Shown here: one piece after another, positions 20,624-29,022 of the stretch
Numbering within the stretch: the stretch's first letter is position 1
Layout: the number at the start of each line of letters is the position of its first letter
NCBI GenBank assembly: GCA_964347065.1
Contig: CAYFXN010000002.1
Location: 9,471-73,470, forward strand
Direction of reading: 5' to 3'
DNA: 64,000 nucleotides
From: an uncultured bacterium
GTDB lineage: Bacteria > Desulfobacterota > Deferrimicrobia > J040
Notes under the pieces: generated by a model
What the model saw: only the letters and a program-made list of their open reading frames with translations
Told to the model about the DNA's origin: nothing
The model's database searches: none
Translations under genes and position numbers: made by a program

Positions 20624-21835
20624 TTACCTCCTCGCCACTTGGCTCTTAAGGTAATCCGAATAAGAAGGGGACATTTCCCATAGTTTTTGCACAATTCCCG
20701 GCATGATCTCCAGGACATAGTCGACTTCAGCAGATGTGTTCCATTTCCCCATACTGAAGGTTATAGAGCCAGTGCAGATATCCGATGGGACTCCGATTGC
20801 CTTCAAAACATGCGAGGCAACGAGATCCTCTTCATCCAGAGCTTTTAAATTGGAACTGCAGGCGGAACCGCTCGCCGCCATTACCCCGTGAATGTTCAGG
20901 TATATGAGCAGGGACTCTCCTTCGGCAAATTCTACCCAGAAGCTTACATGGCCCGGCAGCCGGTTTGTGGGATGCCCGGTAAAGTGGATGTGTTCTATCC
21001 TGTTCATGAGCCCATCTCTCAGCTGGTTTTCAAGTGATCTCACGCGTCGTGCGTCCTCTTCCATTTCAACCAGAGCGATTTCAGCCGCTTTCCCGAGCCC
21101 CACTATCCCGGGAACGTTTTCTGTTCCGGCCCTCTGCCCGTGTTCCTGAAAGCCACCGTCGAAAAGTGGCTCGATTTGGGTGCCCCTCCGGATGAACAGG
21201 GCTCCAACTCCCTTCGGCCCGTAAAAGTTGTGCGCCGAGACCGTCAGAAGGTCGGCGCCGATCTTCTCCACGTTCACGGGTATGTGCCCCACGGTAGCCG
21301 TAGCGTCACAATGAAAGCAGACATTTCGCTCCCTGGCGATCGCGCCGATTTCCTCTACGGGCATTATGGTGCCGATTTCCGAATTCGCGTGCATCACGGA
21401 GATGAGAACGGTTTCATCGCGAATCTCCCGTTTCAGCTCTTCCACATTTATGAGGCCGAACCGGTCTACCTTAAGGTAGGTAACTTCATATCCCTCGTTG
21501 ATTATCGGGATGAGGGCATTTAAAACCGAAAAGTGCTCCACTTCAGAGACAATGAGATGCTTCCCTCTGTTCTTCATAGCCCGGGCCACACCTTTTATCG
21601 CCAGGTTATTGCATTCCGTTGCTCCCGATGTGAAGACAACCTCTTCGGGAGTCGCGTGTATCAAACCGGCAACTTTTTCCCTTGCCCCGTCTATAGCACG
21701 CAGCGCGTGTTGACCCTGCTCGTGAATATGGGAACTGGGGTTGCCGTAATATTCCTCGTAGAACGGAATAATTGCCTCGCGAACATCACGGTGAAGAGGC
21801 GTCGTGGAGATATGGTCGAAAAATACTTTTCTCAT
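20624..21835 (-). CDS. nifS: Cysteine desulfurase
   Basis: 'FDHISTTP' N-terminus, PLP-Lys 'SAHNFYGPKGVGALF' and active-site Cys loop 'SGSACSS'. Confidence 0.9.
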   Translation of the reverse strand: MRKVFFDHISTTPLHRDVREAIIPFYEEYYGNPSSHIHEQGQHALRAIDGAREKVAGLIHATPEEVVFTSGATECNNLAIKGVARAMKNRGKHLIVSEVEHFSVLNALIPIINEGYEVTYLKVDRFGLINVEELKREIRDETVLISVMHANSEIGTIMPVEEIGAIARERNVCFHCDATATVGHIPVNVEKIGADLLTVSAHNFYGPKGVGALFIRRGTQIEPLFDGGFQEHGQRAGTENVPGIVGLGKAAEIALVEMEEDARRVRSLENQLRDGLMNRIEHIHFTGHPTNRLPGHVSFWVEFAEGESLLIYLNIHGVMAASGSACSSNLKALDEEDLVASHVLKAIGVPSDICTGSITFSMGKWNTSAEVDYVLEIMPGIVQKLWEMSPSYSDYLKSQVARR

Positions 21836-21861
21836 AAAACCCCCGGTTAAGGATTGATCCC

Positions 21862-22065
21862 CTAGTCCTCCTCTGAAACGCCGAAGTCTTTCATCTTTTG
21901 CCTGATCATAACGATATGTTTCTCTTCCTCTTCCGCAAGGAACGCAAACATCTTCTGGATAGACTGAAGTTCAGCCTCCTCCGAAGCCTTGAGGTAGTCT
22001 TTGTAGTTTTTCTTCTCCAGCGCCAGTGCCATTTTCAACACTTTGGCGATCTCCTCTTTCGACAT
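21862..22065 (-). CDS. Small (~67 aa) rubrerythrin/ferritin-like half-domain protein
   Basis: 'LALEKKNYKDY....FLAEEEEKHIVMI' carries a single E...ExxH motif; paralog of the CDS at 20021-20215. Confidence 0.5.
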   Translation of the reverse strand: MSKEEIAKVLKMALALEKKNYKDYLKASEEAELQSIQKMFAFLAEEEEKHIVMIRQKMKDFGVSEED

Positions 22066-22236
22066 AGCTTGTCTCCTCGTTCCTTTTTAATGATGAATCT
22101 TTTTGTTTTCCGTTTCAATCATGATAACAAAATAAAACAGATCGTTGTACGGTACCATCATTTTTTATCACCTCCCCTTCCAGCGTGTTAAAATATAGAA
22201 ATTTTACGCAGCCAAATCGGTTCTTTCGAGGCTAAG

Positions 22237-22773
22237 ATGAAAAATAGATCTACCTTCATCATCCTCTTCCTTGCGCTTGCGCTCGCGGGAGGATACGTAT
22301 TTTTAAAACAGCACACGAGAAATTCGATACCCTCCGAGCAATCCAGTGCCGGCGGTCACCCTCCGGTTCAGGCACCAAAGTTTGCATTGAAAGACATTGC
22401 CGGGGATCCGGTGATTTTCTCGGACTACCTGGGCAAAGCGGTGGTGATAAATTTCTTTGCCACCTGGTGCCCCCCCTGCAAAACGGAAATTCCCGGCTTC
22501 GTAAAAATATACAATCAGTACAGGAATCAGGGACTCGAGATAATCGGTATCTCTCTTGACAGCGACCCGGAAAAAGTTCTCCCGGAATTCATCAGCGAAC
22601 TCAACATCAACTATTCCGTTGCTATTGGAACAACCGAAATGTTGAGCAAGTACGGTGGCGTTCAGTCTATTCCCACCACGTTTTTCATCAACAGAAAAGG
22701 CGAAATAACGAACGTCCACATGGGGTTCTTAGACGTGGAAACCTTCGAGAGGGAAGCGAAGAAAATCCTCTGA
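22237..22773 (+). CDS. TlpA/ResA-like thiol:disulfide oxidoreductase (thioredoxin fold, membrane-anchored)
   Basis: N-terminal TM helix and 'FFATWCPPCKTEIP' CxxC active site. Confidence 0.8.
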   Translation: MKNRSTFIILFLALALAGGYVFLKQHTRNSIPSEQSSAGGHPPVQAPKFALKDIAGDPVIFSDYLGKAVVINFFATWCPPCKTEIPGFVKIYNQYRNQGLEIIGISLDSDPEKVLPEFISELNINYSVAIGTTEMLSKYGGVQSIPTTFFINRKGEITNVHMGFLDVETFEREAKKIL

Positions 22774-23022
22774 TCCTCAGCTATCTCACCGGATAATACG
22801 TTCTTGGCGAAAATACCGGTCATGGGATTTATCGATGTGACCAGAAATAAGAAGATAGTCGTTTCGGCGAGGCCATCATTACCCGGCCTCATCCCGCAAA
22901 CAATCACTTCAGATCCATATCACCCACGGAAATGCATCGAGGTCAAATTTTTGCACCGACGGCACCAAATAAGATGAGAATCTTAGATGCCCTGCAGGCC
23001 ATGGGCTTGATCGCTGATTCGT

Positions 23023-23241
23023 TTATACGGATTCCACCCGTTCAATCGATGGAATTTCTTCCTTTAGCGCTACTTCAATGCCGTTTTTGAGGGTCAGACC
23101 TGCCATCGGGCATCCGCCGCATGCTCCGGTCAAACGCAGCTTCACGACACCCCCGGTAACGTCCACCAGCTCTACATCCCCTCCATCCGCCTGAAGGGCG
23201 GGCCTTACTTTTTCGAGTACCCTTTCGATTTCTTGCCGCAT
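23023..23241 (-). CDS. NifU C-terminal (Nfu-type) domain protein
   Basis: 'GGDVELVDVTGGVVKLRLTGACGGCPMAGLTLKNGIE' with the Nfu CxxC motif; AGGAGG RBS before the internal ATG. Confidence 0.7.
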   Translation of the reverse strand: MRQEIERVLEKVRPALQADGGDVELVDVTGGVVKLRLTGACGGCPMAGLTLKNGIEVALKEEIPSIERVESV

Positions 23242-23336
23242 AGTATGTATCCTCCTTTTCTCAATCAATTATACCATTATCTCACAAGGCTTCTCCTAAT
23301 CATCTGCACATTTGATGTTTCTGCCACATTGAAGAT

Positions 23337-23975
23337 TCAGTCAGACGCAATGAGCTCGATTCCCTCTTTTTTGAGCAAACTCTTTACCACTTTGTACCTG
23401 TTTGTCTCAATTCTCAAAACCAGGATTTTTTTCCCGGGATCTTCAGCCGATGCCGTCACAACGGAAACGATGTTCACGTCAAGCTCATTTAAGAGATTCG
23501 CTATGCGGAAAAGTTGTCCCGGTGTGTTCGGCAGCGCCACTTCGATCCGGTAGCCAGGCCTGCTTATCCCCACAGAATCGAGAAAAGCGTCGAGGATATC
23601 CGTCTCGGTAATGATTCCGATCAGCTTTCCATCTTTGACTACCGGCAGCGCACCGATCCTCTTTTCCCGCATAATCAATGCCGCTTCCTCAACGGGAGTT
23701 CCCATCGAAACGGTATAGGGTTTTTTTGTCATGATCTGCTTGATCTTGATCTTATCGAGCAGGTAATAAATCTCTCTGATTTCGAGAGAAGTGGCAGGGG
23801 AAGGCGACGCTGCCTTGATATCCCTGTCCGACACGATTCCTACCAGTTTCTCGCCATCCCGCAAGACAGGAAGGTGTCGTATCCCCTTTTCCTTCAAAAG
23901 GTCTATCGCCTTTTTCATGGAATCTTCCTCGTCAACCCACACGGGATTTTTCCTCATTCTCCTCTCGACTATCAT
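23337..23975 (-). CDS. CBS-pair + ACT domain protein (AcuB-like)
   Basis: Two CBS motifs ('HLPVLRDGEKLVGIVSDRDI', 'ALPVVKDGKLIGIITETDIL') followed by an ACT-like C-terminus. Confidence 0.75.
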   Translation of the reverse strand: MIVERRMRKNPVWVDEEDSMKKAIDLLKEKGIRHLPVLRDGEKLVGIVSDRDIKAASPSPATSLEIREIYYLLDKIKIKQIMTKKPYTVSMGTPVEEAALIMREKRIGALPVVKDGKLIGIITETDILDAFLDSVGISRPGYRIEVALPNTPGQLFRIANLLNELDVNIVSVVTASAEDPGKKILVLRIETNRYKVVKSLLKKEGIELIASD

Positions 23976-24052
23976 TTGACACCTCCAGCGTTATTTTCCG
24001 ATGAGGCCCCTAGGAAGCTTACTCCCCCGCCAATCCGGGCTCAAGAGCCCAC

Positions 24053-24595
24053 TCACAGCTCCATGAAATAATTTCTCACCACACTGAACAGATCCTCCAC
24101 GGATACCCCTGACATGAGCGACACTTTCAATCCGCCCTTTGTCTCGAATACGACAAAAGCCACCGATTCTCTGTTTCCCGAAAGAAGGGTGGCGGCATCG
24201 AGAAAGTCCTTCTTGCTTTCGCCGCGTCTCTCTCCCAGCGTGTAAATGGCCATGAGATAGAGGGTTTTTTCGTAGACGAAGGGCACCAATACCCCTTTTA
24301 CCTTCTTTGTCCTGACCCTCATCAGAGGCAGGTATTGGAAAGACTCCCCCGGGAGAGTAAAGGAGGAGCCCAGATGAGAGAAGATCTCCCGCTCGAGATC
24401 TGTTTTCTCCATCGGCTTATACCTGTCTTGTGACAGCGTGACCATTCGCTCGAAATACCGGTACTGTTCATCGAGAACCATCTCTCCCCGGACGGAGCTC
24501 GACGTAAGGACCATTCTCGCCGTGATCATGATGACAATAGCCGTGAGAAAAAGAAAGACAATCAATCTTGGACTGCTATTTTTTTTCCCTTTCAT
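24053..24595 (-). CDS. Hypothetical single-pass membrane protein
   Basis: Start 'MKGKKNSSPRLIVFLFLTAIVIMI' with a TM anchor; no recognisable domain. Confidence 0.45.
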   Translation of the reverse strand: MKGKKNSSPRLIVFLFLTAIVIMITARMVLTSSSVRGEMVLDEQYRYFERMVTLSQDRYKPMEKTDLEREIFSHLGSSFTLPGESFQYLPLMRVRTKKVKGVLVPFVYEKTLYLMAIYTLGERRGESKKDFLDAATLLSGNRESVAFVVFETKGGLKVSLMSGVSVEDLFSVVRNYFMEL

Positions 24596-24833
24596 CTGAA
24601 GATTCCTATAGGGAACAGGATAACAAAAACCGGGAGAGAAGGCATTCATTCTCCTCTCTGCCATCAGCCGGGCAACTCCGGCCACTCCCTCATCCTTCCA
24701 TTTTATCCCGGTGAGGAAGGGGTCTTGCTATTCAAAGAGTGCCGCCCCCGATCAGGGAAGAGAAATAATCGCTCCTACCGGTGCATTCAGTGTTAAAATA
24801 TCCGTGATTGATGGACAACGGGAAACGAATTTC

Positions 24834-25928
24834 ATGACGGATCTGTATAGCGTAGAGGAAGTTAAAAACGAGCTCATCGAATGCTTCGATTCGGGCGAGT
24901 CTTTTCTCCACCTCGGCCTGATGCTGAAACGCCTCATCCGTTTTCAGGTAGCTATATTATTCGAAATCGACTGGAAGACGATAACGCTCGTACCGTTGAA
25001 TTTTTTCCCCTCAGCAAGCAGAAAGATTCTCAAGTTACAGAACCTGTCCATTCCCTTCGACAGCTCCATCATCGATATTTTCTCTCAAAAGTGGATCCCG
25101 ATAAAGAGAAAGGGTGAACAATCGGGTTTCATGAACAAAAGTCTCAGTGAACTCCCCGACCCGTTTATCCTTTTTCCCCTGAAGGTCAAACAGCGGGTGT
25201 TAAGCGCGATCGGCATTTCCGGCTTGAAGTACAAGAAGGAGGAGGAGCTGGAGGAGTTATCGGATCTTTTCCATCGATTGTCTCCCGTACTGGAAAAGAA
25301 CATGCTCATAGATAAGTCCGTGAGAAGGAACCAGAGGCTGGAGACAATAATCGGGCTCGGCCCGACTACATACTTCATCATCAATCGGACAGGCTATATC
25401 AATGAGTTCATCCCCTGCGACAAGAATTTCCTCGGATACACACCAGAGGAGGTCATTCGAAAACCCGCATCCCTCCTTTTTCCGATGGGCAGTCCCATTC
25501 TGAAAACTATCTGGAAACAGGTGAAAAAGGATAACAACAGGGTGTGGGGTCTCGTAAATCTCGCAAATGGAAGGAGGAACCTCGCTTCCCTCACCGTCCG
25601 GAAGGTTCTCTTGAAATATACCATGCAGAAGGAATATTACCTCGTCGGCATTGAACCCCTGGAAAGCGATCTCTTCGCAAGCCTCTCATCCGATCCGGCA
25701 TCGCCCAAAAAACCTGCCGACGGAAGTCAGACCATACGGGTACATCTTTGTCCCGAAAACCTGCGCTGTATCAGAAGATGCGGGGCAATGGCACACTACT
25801 TCGGCGAGGGAAAATTCGTCATTGAAAACCCCTCATTCAAAGACGAGAGATGCGAGCCCCAGAGTAATTGCCTCACTGAGTTTCTTTCAGTAGGTAACGA
25901 CATGGACGCCGAAATAGCGGAGAAGTAA
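24834..25928 (+). CDS. Hypothetical PAS-like domain protein with a Cys-rich C-terminus
   Basis: Central segment resembles a PAS fold ('IIGLGPTTYFIINRTGYINEF....GYTPEEVI'); C-terminus 'CPENLRCIRRCG....C....C'; its 3' end overlaps the convergent LysM gene. Confidence 0.5.
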   Translation: MTDLYSVEEVKNELIECFDSGESFLHLGLMLKRLIRFQVAILFEIDWKTITLVPLNFFPSASRKILKLQNLSIPFDSSIIDIFSQKWIPIKRKGEQSGFMNKSLSELPDPFILFPLKVKQRVLSAIGISGLKYKKEEELEELSDLFHRLSPVLEKNMLIDKSVRRNQRLETIIGLGPTTYFIINRTGYINEFIPCDKNFLGYTPEEVIRKPASLLFPMGSPILKTIWKQVKKDNNRVWGLVNLANGRRNLASLTVRKVLLKYTMQKEYYLVGIEPLESDLFASLSSDPASPKKPADGSQTIRVHLCPENLRCIRRCGAMAHYFGEGKFVIENPSFKDERCEPQSNCLTEFLSVGNDMDAEIAEK

Positions 25929-27794
25929 TTCCCGCATTCCCATGTCTACCTCACCGCTTACGTAGAGGATACTCTCCCCTTTAGCCGTGGCTTCTTTCCC
26001 GAGCATAATTCCCGAAGCGCTCAGCGTGTACTCCCTGCCTTTTCCTCCTGCGATGACCTCATTCTTATAGTAGGAAAATTCTTTGCCCGCAATCTCCAGC
26101 AACCGGGGGATGATGGAAGAGTAAGAGCTGTTCCCCTTCACGCGAAGGATCCTGTAACCCTCTTTTTCGAGCAGATTCCGTATCGGCTCCGTGAACCGTT
26201 CAGGATCGAGAACATAGGGCTGCCCTCCGACCCAGAAAGTAAGGTCGGGCTTAATCGTCAGGGTAAAGGCTCCCTCCCGGCCTTTTATCGATATTTTGCG
26301 GGATCGATCCGCCTTGACCCCTGCAGCATCTAATATGTACTTCGCTCCGTCAGGCAGTTTCCCGGGAATTTTTTCCCTCGCCATATTCTCATCGCTCGAC
26401 TCCGCAAAGTAGGAGACAACGTAACCGTCGCCTATCGACCTGTCCACGTAGTAGGGAATCACGACAACACCCGTCTTGAGGCAGTATGCGTAGATGTTTG
26501 TCAGCTCGTCCGATAGTGAGGGGGTCTTCAGCCTTTTGATGGCATATACTTCCCCTTTTAAAATACTGTCACCCTCCTTGAGGACGATCAGATCGGAGTT
26601 GATGGAGAGAGAAACCTTCTCTCCAATTACAAGCTGCGTCTCGTTTCCCTTCTTTACCGCATAATACCCGCCATTTTTCAACACGGATTCTACAAACAGT
26701 TCGAAATCCATCTCGCGGTCACGCCTCAAGATAGCGTAGCCCTTCCACTTATCTCTCAGAACCTTCTCCACTTCAACGGGGAGGGACCCGAAGAGGTCGA
26801 GTATGAGGCTTTTCCCCTTTGAAAAGCGCGCAATGGGATAATTTTCCATGTTCAGTACGAGTTCTTCGCCATCCCCGAAAGGAATATACATTTCCCCCGA
26901 ATAGACGAGCCCCTCACCGAGCGCCGAGAGAATATCTCCCAGGAGACCCCGGTAATGTGGGGGGCCTATCTGAAAATCGAGGGGTGCTGTTTTCTCTGTC
27001 CCGACAGAAGTGGCCGCGCCCGAATCGACGACGCTACCCTCAGCCCTCTCTCTCTCAAAAACCTTTTCGGGATACGCCTTTTCACCCCCATCGTGGCCTA
27101 CAGCTTCCTCTTCTGGCCTATCGAGCAATGGTTTCCCGGCCGACAAGTCGAGATCCTTCGCCCCACCAGTTTTCTCATCCCCCTTTCCCGTGGCAAAGGC
27201 CTGCCGGAGGGTCTTCTCTCCCTCAGCAAAATACGCCAATTTCGGAATATAGAGTTTCTGTCCGGGAAAAATCCAATCGGGATCTTTCAAGAAGGGATTT
27301 AGTTTTTGTACCTCTTCGACAAATTTGAGCAGATCTCTCGTTCTGTTAAACTCACTCTGCGCAATCCTCCAGAGAACATCTCCCTCCACCACCGTATGTT
27401 CAATGACCTGCCCCTCCTGCAACATGTTATCGACAACGGTTTTTTTCCCGAGGGTACCCACGTTCATCGGCAGATTCACCCCCGCTCCCCTTTTGATGCG
27501 AGAAGGGTTCTGTATCTCGGGGTTCGCTTTCTTGAAAGCATCGAGAAAAATGGCGAACTCTTCCTTCCTGCCCCCGAGCTTATCGATAAATATTTCCCAC
27601 AGCGTGTCCCCCCTTTTCATTCTGTACAATTCAAAGAATTTTATCTGCTCGCCGGTTTTTTCCGCGATGACCTTCTTCTCGAGATATATTCTCGGCTTTT
27701 CCCCGCCCTCTTTTGCTGCGGTAAGGTGTCCGGCCGCGGCCAGAAAGATGGCGAGGATCAAAGGAAAGGATGCCTTCCGCATCAAAGATTCCAC
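25887..27794 (-). CDS. Secreted LysM-domain protein with a large uncharacterised C-terminal domain
   Basis: Signal peptide 'FPLILAIFLAAAGHLTA'; two LysM-like repeats ('YRMKRGDTLWEIF', 'VVEGDVLWRIAQSEF'); about 450 aa of unknown domain follow. Confidence 0.65.
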   Translation of the reverse strand: MESLMRKASFPLILAIFLAAAGHLTAAKEGGEKPRIYLEKKVIAEKTGEQIKFFELYRMKRGDTLWEIFIDKLGGRKEEFAIFLDAFKKANPEIQNPSRIKRGAGVNLPMNVGTLGKKTVVDNMLQEGQVIEHTVVEGDVLWRIAQSEFNRTRDLLKFVEEVQKLNPFLKDPDWIFPGQKLYIPKLAYFAEGEKTLRQAFATGKGDEKTGGAKDLDLSAGKPLLDRPEEEAVGHDGGEKAYPEKVFERERAEGSVVDSGAATSVGTEKTAPLDFQIGPPHYRGLLGDILSALGEGLVYSGEMYIPFGDGEELVLNMENYPIARFSKGKSLILDLFGSLPVEVEKVLRDKWKGYAILRRDREMDFELFVESVLKNGGYYAVKKGNETQLVIGEKVSLSINSDLIVLKEGDSILKGEVYAIKRLKTPSLSDELTNIYAYCLKTGVVVIPYYVDRSIGDGYVVSYFAESSDENMAREKIPGKLPDGAKYILDAAGVKADRSRKISIKGREGAFTLTIKPDLTFWVGGQPYVLDPERFTEPIRNLLEKEGYRILRVKGNSSYSSIIPRLLEIAGKEFSYYKNEVIAGGKGREYTLSASGIMLGKEATAKGESILYVSGEVDMGMRELLLRYFGVHVVTY

Positions 27795-27797
27795 CTC

Positions 27798-28583
27798 CTA
27801 AAACTCAAAATCAGGAAAGGTGCACACACCGGCATGCACTCCAATGGTTTTGTACATCTTCGGACTCACCCAGGGATCGTCGAGGATTCCGTCATGTATC
27901 GCCCAGGCCCTGCCCCTCACGGTTTTTTCCATACCCTTCTTTCTAAATGGTGACGACCCATCGAGTCTCCCCCACAGGATTCCCCCCTTCTGAAATTCCC
28001 TGTGTATGAACTTCATGCGTTCCTTTCCTTTGATGTGATCGAAGCCGTATTTTTCGTATAGTATAGCGCTGTAGTATCCCAGGGGCTCCAGAAAAAAAAA
28101 GCGGTGGCCCATATTTGCAAAAAAACTCTCCCAGATCTCAACGAGATGTTTCATGAGACGGAGACCTCTCCTGACCTGGCCCGGCGCGAGACCGGCTTCC
28201 ATCGCTCTCATCTCCTCGGAGATGTTGCGCCGCACCGTTCCGTAATACGTATCCCTCCCATTTTCATCCAGATCGATGTTGTACCGCTCCGTTTCCGGGT
28301 CGTTTACAACGATGAAGGAAATCTCCATCTGAGCGAACGCTGTTGTGGATATGTCGAGAAACATCAACGGGTCCCTGTCGGCGGGGTCCCTCCAGATCTC
28401 GACCTGGAAAAATGGCATCTTCGGTGGATTCGTGAACTTCACGCAATTATTGCCTGAAGGATTTTTAAACGCCTCTCGGTCGATCGAATATTTGTCGAAA
28501 AGAACAGGGGGAATGAGGGTCGTTAGCATCGCCCTTCTTTCCTTCTCCGGCATACTATTGATGTCATACGCGGTTATTGGCAT
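27798..28583 (-). CDS. Hypothetical protein (possibly a divergent GNAT-like fold)
   Basis: No clear motif; C-terminal 'FFFLEPLGYYSAILYEKYGF' is reminiscent of GNAT beta-strands. Tightly spaced with neighbouring genes. Confidence 0.45.
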   Translation of the reverse strand: MPITAYDINSMPEKERRAMLTTLIPPVLFDKYSIDREAFKNPSGNNCVKFTNPPKMPFFQVEIWRDPADRDPLMFLDISTTAFAQMEISFIVVNDPETERYNIDLDENGRDTYYGTVRRNISEEMRAMEAGLAPGQVRRGLRLMKHLVEIWESFFANMGHRFFFLEPLGYYSAILYEKYGFDHIKGKERMKFIHREFQKGGILWGRLDGSSPFRKKGMEKTVRGRAWAIHDGILDDPWVSPKMYKTIGVHAGVCTFPDFEF

Positions 28584-28593
28584 GGTTACCGGC

Positions 28594-29022
28594 TTAGAAC
28601 TTCTTCCCCTTCACACCACCGAAAGAATCGAACAGGCTGTGTCGTATATCCAGGACTGGCGAACCGTCGAGGGCGTCCAGGTATTTTACTTTCAAGGTAT
28701 TCCCCGCCACATCCAAAACCTCGACGGGGGTGATTCCCATCGGGTTTGGCCTGTCAGGACCGCGGGTTGCAAAAATACCTTTTTTCTTTTCATCGTTGAA
28801 GAGATTATCTCTGTCCGCTCTGTCCATCCAGTACACGAGATCGAGGATATCACCGACAACTATTCCCTGGATGCCCAGTTCATACTCGGGCGAGAGGTCG
28901 ACGTAAGACACATCATCCGCCAAAAACCCCTGCTTCGGAGCCGTTTTTCGTGACCGATAGGGTGACCTGATTATCCCGATAGGTTTTATGCAAACTTCCC
29001 CGGTTTTTCCACCCATGTTCAA
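28594..29022 (-). CDS. TrmO/TsaA (YaeB, UPF0066) family SAM-dependent methyltransferase-like protein
   Basis: 'IKPIGIIRSPY', 'PKQG', 'LSPEYELGIQGI', 'DRPNPMGIT' match the TsaA/YaeB beta-barrel family. Confidence 0.7.
   Translation of the reverse strand: MNMGGKTGEVCIKPIGIIRSPYRSRKTAPKQGFLADDVSYVDLSPEYELGIQGIVVGDILDLVYWMDRADRDNLFNDEKKKGIFATRGPDRPNPMGITPVEVLDVAGNTLKVKYLDALDGSPVLDIRHSLFDSFGGVKGKKF

Noticed and set aside
20619-20718. Long N-terminal extension of the nifU ORF (159 aa vs about 126 aa)
   Set aside because: The extension overlaps the nifS 3' end and lacks homology. The internal Met 'MSIGPY' directly follows the nifS stop and matches the canonical IscU N-terminus.
22662-22907. 81-aa ORF in the 250-bp gap after the TlpA-like gene
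   Set aside because: It overlaps the TlpA 3' end antisense, with no RBS or conservation signal. The gap more likely holds the terminator or promoter region.
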